Assembly (NCBI RefSeq): GCF_046054165.1
Contig: NZ_JBFNXK010000009.1
Location: forward strand, 49,263-73,262
Direction: 5' to 3'
DNA from: Celerinatantimonas sp. YJH-8
Lineage (GTDB): Bacteria > Pseudomonadota > Gammaproteobacteria > Enterobacterales > Celerinatantimonadaceae
DNA length: 24,000 nucleotides
Part shown: positions 18,918 through 24,000 of the stretch, one piece after another
Layout: every line of letters begins with the position of its first letter
How positions within the stretch are numbered: the stretch's first letter is position 1
Notes under the pieces: generated by a model
Databases searched by the model: none
What the model saw: the letters and a program-made list of their open reading frames with translations, nothing else
What the model was told of the DNA's origin: nothing
Position numbers and translations under genes: made by a program

Positions 18918-20387
18918 TTAAGTCGATTTTTTACTCAGAGTCACTAGGAACATGTTTTGCTGAACGATATCAAATGGCAACAGTTCAACCTGTCCGTGAT
19001 GTAATTTAGCAATATCCCGGGTAATGGACATCCCCAACCCGGCCCCGTCTCCCCGGCTGGGTTGTGCTCGATAAAAATTGTTAAAGATCTGCAGTCGTAC
19101 CGACTCCGGGATGGCTGGGCCAGTATCACTCACCCGAACCTCATAAGCAGCACCGATATCCCGGATATCAACCCGGATTTCACTGCCCATTCCCGAATAA
19201 CGAATGGCATTATCAATGAGATTTGAAAACAAAACCTCCAGTAACGTCAAATCCCCTTCCATCCGTGACGATTCACTTTGTAAAACCAGTTCCTGCTGAT
19301 TTTTTAATGCCACCGGAACCAAATACGCCATCACCTGTTGGACAACCTGCTGTAAATCCAGCGACCGATAATCCACCGAGCGAATGCCTTCAACCTTAGC
19401 CAACATCAATAATTGTTGAATTAACCGATCTGAACGCTCGATTCCTTGCAAAATATTTTGTAAATCATGTTGCAGTTCTTCCGGGGTACGACTGGACAAA
19501 GCATTTTCGGCATTGACCCGAAGAATCGTCAATGGCGTTTTCAGTTCATGTGCCGCCATCCGAGTGAAACGGCGCTCTCGCTGCCAAGCTTCGTTTAAAC
19601 GATTCAGCAGTTGATTTAAAGTATCGACTAACGGTGCCAGTTCAAGTGTCGATTCACGGACCGTGACCTCATTGAGCTGATTGATATTCAATCCCCCAAT
19701 CCGCTGCTGCAATTCACTGATCGGACGAAAATAACGATTAATTAAAACGATAAAAAATAGCGCTAATAGCGGGATCAACAAAAACATCGGTAATGTTGTG
19801 GAAATCGCCAGCTTATGCATCATGTCCTGACGGATCTCCTGCTTTTCAGCCACAATAATGGTGTCATTCTGGGCCAATGTCACCAAGGGAGCATGATAAA
19901 GGAAATAACGCCACCGCTCTCCATTTAGCTTAAAGTAGCCAAATCCAGACTGATGAATATGATCCAAAACCGGTTTAATCTGATAGTGAGAGTTCCACAT
20001 CAGTTGCCCGTTCCGGTAAAACTGAACCAGCAAGTTGAGTTCATAGGGGTGACCCAGCCCAGTCAGACGATCATCACTCACTCGGGACTGCTGTGTCAGC
20101 TCATCCATCCAGTGATTCAAACGGCCCTGTAATTTTTGGCGCTGTTCTTCGGTCATATCCGGTAATGTCAGCAATAATTGCTTCGCCGAACGCCCCAAAC
20201 GCGCATCATAAACTTCCATAATTTCATGGCGCGCTTCGAAGTAGCTAAAGACCAATGAAATCATCAGCAATGAAGTTGTCACCGCAACGACTGAAATAAT
20301 CAGCCGCCGTTTGATAGAATAGATTTTACTGGGGTGATTTTTCAATAAGATAGCCGACTCCCCGAATATTCTTAATCGGAAAACCAT
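18918..20387 (-). CDS. Sensor histidine kinase (PmrB/QseC-like) with two TM segments and a ~140-aa periplasmic domain
   Basis: H-box MAAHELKTPLT, N-box LIDNAIRYS and G-box GDGAGLGMSITRDIA. TM helices at about aa 29-50 and 198-220. The ATG at 20387 overlaps the regulator gene by 62 nt. An alternative TTG at 20345 (MKNHPSKIYSIKRRL...) would give a 20-nt overlap. Confidence 0.88.
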   Translation of the reverse strand: MVFRLRIFGESAILLKNHPSKIYSIKRRLIISVVAVTTSLLMISLVFSYFEARHEIMEVYDARLGRSAKQLLLTLPDMTEEQRQKLQGRLNHWMDELTQQSRVSDDRLTGLGHPYELNLLVQFYRNGQLMWNSHYQIKPVLDHIHQSGFGYFKLNGERWRYFLYHAPLVTLAQNDTIIVAEKQEIRQDMMHKLAISTTLPMFLLIPLLALFFIVLINRYFRPISELQQRIGGLNINQLNEVTVRESTLELAPLVDTLNQLLNRLNEAWQRERRFTRMAAHELKTPLTILRVNAENALSSRTPEELQHDLQNILQGIERSDRLIQQLLMLAKVEGIRSVDYRSLDLQQVVQQVMAYLVPVALKNQQELVLQSESSRMEGDLTLLEVLFSNLIDNAIRYSGMGSEIRVDIRDIGAAYEVRVSDTGPAIPESVRLQIFNNFYRAQPSRGDGAGLGMSITRDIAKLHHGQVELLPFDIVQQNMFLVTLSKKST

Positions 20388-20991
20388 TCAGTTTTTTACG
20401 TAGATTATGGATATGCACTTCGATGGCGTTTTCTCCGGCTCCTTCATCCCAACCGTACAACACCTGTTGTAACTGCTCTTTACTTTGAACCCGCCCAGCC
20501 TGCATCACCAGACTAGAGAGTAATTTAAATTCATGATGAGTCAGCCGAACAACTTCCCCCTGATAAGTGACCGATTGTTCGGTCATCGAAAGCGTCAAAT
20601 CACCAATTGAAACCAGCGGATCACTATATCCCGACTGGCGTCGGATCAATACCCGCAACCGCGCCATCAACTCTTCCAGAGCAAAGGGCTTCACCAGATA
20701 ATCATCCGCACCAGCATCCAGCCCTTTCACTCGATCATCGATGTCATCCCGAGCAGTTAAGATCAGGACCGGAAGCTGAAACTTCGCTTTTCGTAATTGA
20801 GCCAACACCTCCAGCCCATCGATATCCGGTAACGTTAAATCCAAAATAATACAACTAAATGATTCCATCTTAAGCGCCGAGAGAACCCCGGCGCCATTTT
20901 GGAGCCAATCTACGGTATAGCCACAGCGGCTTAATGAAGTTTCCATCGACTGGCCTAAAAGCTGGTCATCCTCAACCAAAAGTAGTCGCAT
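20326..20991 (-). CDS. OmpR/PhoB-family response regulator, PmrA/QseB subfamily
   Basis: Receiver domain MRLLLVEDD...ILDLTLPDIDG...YLVKPF. The winged-helix domain carries AIEVHIHNLRKKL and IRGVGY, typical of PmrA/QseB. The start lies 3 nt after the TPR gene stop. Confidence 0.92.
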   Translation of the reverse strand: MRLLLVEDDQLLGQSMETSLSRCGYTVDWLQNGAGVLSALKMESFSCIILDLTLPDIDGLEVLAQLRKAKFQLPVLILTARDDIDDRVKGLDAGADDYLVKPFALEELMARLRVLIRRQSGYSDPLVSIGDLTLSMTEQSVTYQGEVVRLTHHEFKLLSSLVMQAGRVQSKEQLQQVLYGWDEGAGENAIEVHIHNLRKKLNGFPIKNIRGVGYLIEKSPQ

Positions 20992-20994
20992 AAC

Positions 20995-21633
20995 TTATGA
21001 CAATCCCTGTAATTTTTTCTGGATTTCGGCCCGGCGTCCTTGATCAGCAAGTGGTCGATTGGCACGAGGAGCAGCCTGTAAGGCTTTTAAGAAATAGCGC
21101 TTAGCCTGTTTTTTATCCCCTTGATCCAGTAAAAAATCAGCATAGAAAAAATTACTATCCAATCCATCCGGATTCATTTTTAAGGCTTGTTTGAGTAATT
21201 GTTTGGCTTTTTTATCGCTGCCAAAGCCAATCGGCCAACCCGGAACCTGATAATACAACGCACCTAAGCTGGTATAAGCCGAACCGGATAAAGTTGAAGG
21301 GGCTGTATCGATCACCTGCTCTAGCAGTTTTTTAGCTTCTTTGACCAGTGATAAAGCCCCAATACCGCCTTTACTCCCCGCCAGCGAACTCAAATTAATC
21401 GCCAGCCAGACTTGAATTTCCGGATGTTCCGGCATGTTCTGGAGATCTTGCCGATTCCGGGCCACCAAATCCGTTAAACAACTCTGCTGAGCTTTATCTT
21501 TATGCACCTGATACTGACAAACCGCCCACTGGTGCTGCAAATATGTAAGTTCCGCCTCAGGTGAAAGCGACTGTGCCTGCACCCCATAACTCAGAGTGAA
21601 TAAACCTAAGAAAATCACCCAATATTTTTTCAT
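20995..21633 (-). CDS. Secreted tetratricopeptide-repeat protein
   Basis: Signal peptide MKKYWVIFLGLFTLSYGVQA|Q followed by TPR-like helical repeats (KKAKQLLKQALKMNP, KQAKRYFLKALQAAP). It has a 4-bp overlap with the SDR gene and a 3-nt gap to the response regulator gene. Confidence 0.8.
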   Translation of the reverse strand: MKKYWVIFLGLFTLSYGVQAQSLSPEAELTYLQHQWAVCQYQVHKDKAQQSCLTDLVARNRQDLQNMPEHPEIQVWLAINLSSLAGSKGGIGALSLVKEAKKLLEQVIDTAPSTLSGSAYTSLGALYYQVPGWPIGFGSDKKAKQLLKQALKMNPDGLDSNFFYADFLLDQGDKKQAKRYFLKALQAAPRANRPLADQGRRAEIQKKLQGLS

Positions 21634-22484
21634 CGGAATAACTCCTTGTGATGAGCGGATTTATTAAGATGTAACGGCTCTTTATGGCCCACTTCATCCA
21701 TATACAACGACAACGTAGGAAACTGGCGGCGGATCTGTCTGGAAACCACATCCGGCAACAACTGGTTAATTTTGGCGAACAGTTTCTCCGGCCAACCGAT
21801 CCAACGACTTGAAGTTTCCGACACAAACATCTGCGCGATAATTTCAGCCACCGTTTCCGGTGCATCCTCACGATTTCCGAGAGAGGCATTCATCTGCACA
21901 ATCAACGGCTGATTCAGTGGGGTCCGGGTCGCCCGGGGAGCCACATACAACACCCGAACGCCTAAACCGGATAATTCCCGATCCAGCGCCTCACTAAATC
22001 GATGTAACCCCGACTTCGCGGCACAATAACAGCTATATCCGGGATAACCGATAGACCCAAAAGTAGAACCGACATTTAAAATAATTCCAGGGCGATTCAT
22101 GTTAGGGAGCACCATATGGCACACTTCAATCGGCGTAATTAAATTCAGTTGTAACTCCTGTTCGATGTCGGAGAGTCCACGACGTTCAAACCAGTTAAAT
22201 TCATAATGACCAGCATTATTGATGAGGCCATCGATACTCACGCCCTGCGTTTTAAGTTCAGTCAACTGGGTATCAAATTGACGCCGCCCCTCAGTCGTTG
22301 CCAAATCAGCTTCGATTAAATAATGAGGTCCACCGGGAAGATCGCGCTGCAATGCATATAATTTTGCCAGTGAGCGCCCGACTAAAACCAGATTGACCTC
22401 TTGTAAGGCAAATTGATGTGCAATGGCAGAACCGATCCCACCACTGGCACCGGTCAAAATAATCGTCTTATGCGCTAACTGCAT
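21630..22484 (-). CDS. Short-chain dehydrogenase/reductase (SDR)
   Basis: Cofactor motif TGASGGIGSAIA, NNAG, and catalytic YCAAK (YxxxK). 284 aa. Confidence 0.88.
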   Translation of the reverse strand: MQLAHKTIILTGASGGIGSAIAHQFALQEVNLVLVGRSLAKLYALQRDLPGGPHYLIEADLATTEGRRQFDTQLTELKTQGVSIDGLINNAGHYEFNWFERRGLSDIEQELQLNLITPIEVCHMVLPNMNRPGIILNVGSTFGSIGYPGYSCYCAAKSGLHRFSEALDRELSGLGVRVLYVAPRATRTPLNQPLIVQMNASLGNREDAPETVAEIIAQMFVSETSSRWIGWPEKLFAKINQLLPDVVSRQIRRQFPTLSLYMDEVGHKEPLHLNKSAHHKELFR

Positions 22485-23181
22485 GGGAAATTCCTACTGG
22501 TTCGTTCAAAGATGATGACGCTACCGGTAACTGACGAAGCATTTCACCATACAGGTGAAAAACCCGGTTGGCTGAATCAATGATGACCTGTTGGTCCAAA
22601 GGCGATTCAACACGATTCATCAATCGTTCAAAAAGCTGAATATGTTCCTGATCAAGCGTACTGTGCGAGGTCAGATAGCTCATTGCGGCTTCTGGTAAAT
22701 CAAGCCGATGGCGGATCAACTCAGCCATATTGCCTCCGATGCTGACGCTGGTTCCTTCCAGAACCCAGACCATTCCAAATAACGCCAGAGGATTATGTCG
22801 GTCAATTTGGTGATAGAGATAAGCCACCATCAATTCAATCGGCCAACCCACCCGGCCTTCTCCCTGGTTATCCCGGACCATCTGCGCATTAGCGCCCAGA
22901 GCCGCGATATCATCTAAAATCCATTCATGATGGCCGCTTTCTTCTTCAATATATTCACCGATAGCCTGTCGCAACCATTCATATTCTTCAGACAATCGTC
23001 CACCACAGGCCATTAACAGTGGCACCGTATGTTTAACATGGTGATAAGCCTGAGTCAGAAACTGACGATAACTTTCCTTATTAATGAGACCTTGCTGACA
23101 GGCCGCCAAAATCGGAGCCTGTAGCATTTGCTCGCGTGCTTTTTGGGTTTCCTGTTTAAGGATAGTAAAAAATAAGCTCAT
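22468..23181 (-). CDS. Heme-oxygenase-like (TenA/PqqC/CADD fold) putative di-iron redox enzyme
   Basis: 237-aa all-helical protein with candidate carboxylate/His metal ligands: YHHVKH, YIEEESGHHEW, VLEGTS and HSTLDQEH. ATGA overlap with the ligase gene and a 17-nt overlap with the SDR gene. Confidence 0.6.
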   Translation of the reverse strand: MSLFFTILKQETQKAREQMLQAPILAACQQGLINKESYRQFLTQAYHHVKHTVPLLMACGGRLSEEYEWLRQAIGEYIEEESGHHEWILDDIAALGANAQMVRDNQGEGRVGWPIELMVAYLYHQIDRHNPLALFGMVWVLEGTSVSIGGNMAELIRHRLDLPEAAMSYLTSHSTLDQEHIQLFERLMNRVESPLDQQVIIDSANRVFHLYGEMLRQLPVASSSLNEPVGISHAVSA

Positions 23182-24000
23182 CGCAGTGTTTCCTCATAAA
23201 AAGGCGTTGTAGATCCAATCATTAAATGATCGGCTAATAATTGATGTAGGTGTTGGCAAGGTTGCTGACCCACTGCAGGGATCCGATGACGAACCGGACG
23301 TCCATTTGCCGTAAACCAGCCTTCCTGAACAGGCCACTGGTTCAGTACTCCAATTTCTTTAATCTGTGCGTAATCGGGTAAATTCGTGTTGAGCTCGGCA
23401 ATCGCATCCTGAACCCGACCCGGATCCGCATGACAAACCCAAGCGCTTAAATGCGGCTGACCTTCCCCAACGACAATCATTCGGCTCAGCTCAGGATAAA
23501 TTTGAGCTTCAGATTCAATCCATTCCGGTGAAATATTGCGGCCAAAGCTGGTAATCAAAATATTTTTACGCCGTCCCAGAATGGTGATGAATCCCTGCGC
23601 ATCAATCTGTGCCAGATCACCGGTGGCTAACCATGGTTCAGTAAACGGTTGCCCTAAATATCCCAGTGCTTTAGGTCCACAAACTTCCAGCTCTCGCTGT
23701 TCATTCACCCGGACTTGTAAATGAGATAACACCTGACCACTGGTTCCGGCTTTGTGATGTAACGGCGTATTCAATGTCACGACCGAACCGCATTCCGACA
23801 GTCCATAACCTTCATAAACCGGAATGCCTAAATAACGCGCCTGATCGATTAACTTAGCCGAAACCCGGGCACCACCGACCGCCACAAAGTCCAGTGAATA
23901 AGCCAACTGCGGCTGCTTTGCGACCAGATGTAACAACAACTGTAAAATCGCAGGCGTCAAGACCAGAGAATGCGGTTGATGTTGTTGCAATGCCTGCGCA
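23178..24000 (-). CDS. AMP-dependent synthetase/ligase (acyl-CoA synthetase-like), C-terminal part; 5' end outside the window
   Basis: The frame stays open to base 24000. Adenylate-forming motifs YEGYGLSECG, ATGDLAQIDAQGF and GRRKNILITSFGRNISPEWIE. Confidence 0.85.
   Translation of the reverse strand, partial: AQALQQHQPHSLVLTPAILQLLLHLVAKQPQLAYSLDFVAVGGARVSAKLIDQARYLGIPVYEGYGLSECGSVVTLNTPLHHKAGTSGQVLSHLQVRVNEQRELEVCGPKALGYLGQPFTEPWLATGDLAQIDAQGFITILGRRKNILITSFGRNISPEWIESEAQIYPELSRMIVVGEGQPHLSAWVCHADPGRVQDAIAELNTNLPDYAQIKEIGVLNQWPVQEGWFTANGRPVRHRIPAVGQQPCQHLHQLLADHLMIGSTTPFYEETLR

Noticed and set aside
18944-23724. ORFs 18944..19129(-), 20607..20849(+), 21557..21889(-) and 23536..23724(+)
   Set aside because: They are alternative-frame or antisense ORFs inside the kinase, regulator, SDR/TPR and ligase genes. 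Their translations are Arg/Pro/Cys-rich.

Overview
This is a 24-kb chromosomal segment whose gene content looks gammaproteobacterial, with proteins resembling Aeromonadales, Vibrionales and Enterobacterales homologues. I support 18 protein-coding genes, two of them truncated by the window edges. I saw no rRNA, tRNA, CRISPR array, IS element or integrase.

Gene order, left to right:
- 3' part of a sensor histidine kinase (+).
- A more AT-rich insert of about 4.5-4.8 kb carrying a minus-strand, 4-bp-overlapping two-gene operon: a 268-aa PD-(D/E)xK-like nuclease candidate and a 1076-aa Ski2/Hel308-type DEAH helicase with large extra N- and C-terminal regions.
- aegA (Fe-S/GltD-like oxidoreductase) with a perfect FNR box upstream.
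- A LysR regulator.
- A LacI-controlled beta-glucoside operon (bglF-like PTS EIIBCA, bglA, LacI-family repressor) with two LacI-type operators.
- A Sad/YneI-like aldehyde dehydrogenase.
- A small cupin.
- A dgkA-eptA (MCR-like phosphoethanolamine transferase) operon preceded by a perfect PmrA-type CTTAAG-N5-CTTAAG box.
- An adjacent PmrAB/QseBC-like two-component system.
- A tightly coupled upstream operon: AMP-ligase, heme-oxygenase-like di-iron protein, SDR and a periplasmic TPR protein.

The best candidate for an interesting system is the nuclease-helicase pair at 1132..5165. Its architecture matches Hachiman (HamA/HamB)-type anti-phage defence. I cannot run HMM searches, so it may be a divergent or new nuclease-helicase system. 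All calls come from reading the sequence and ORF translations and from remembered family motifs. No database search was run.
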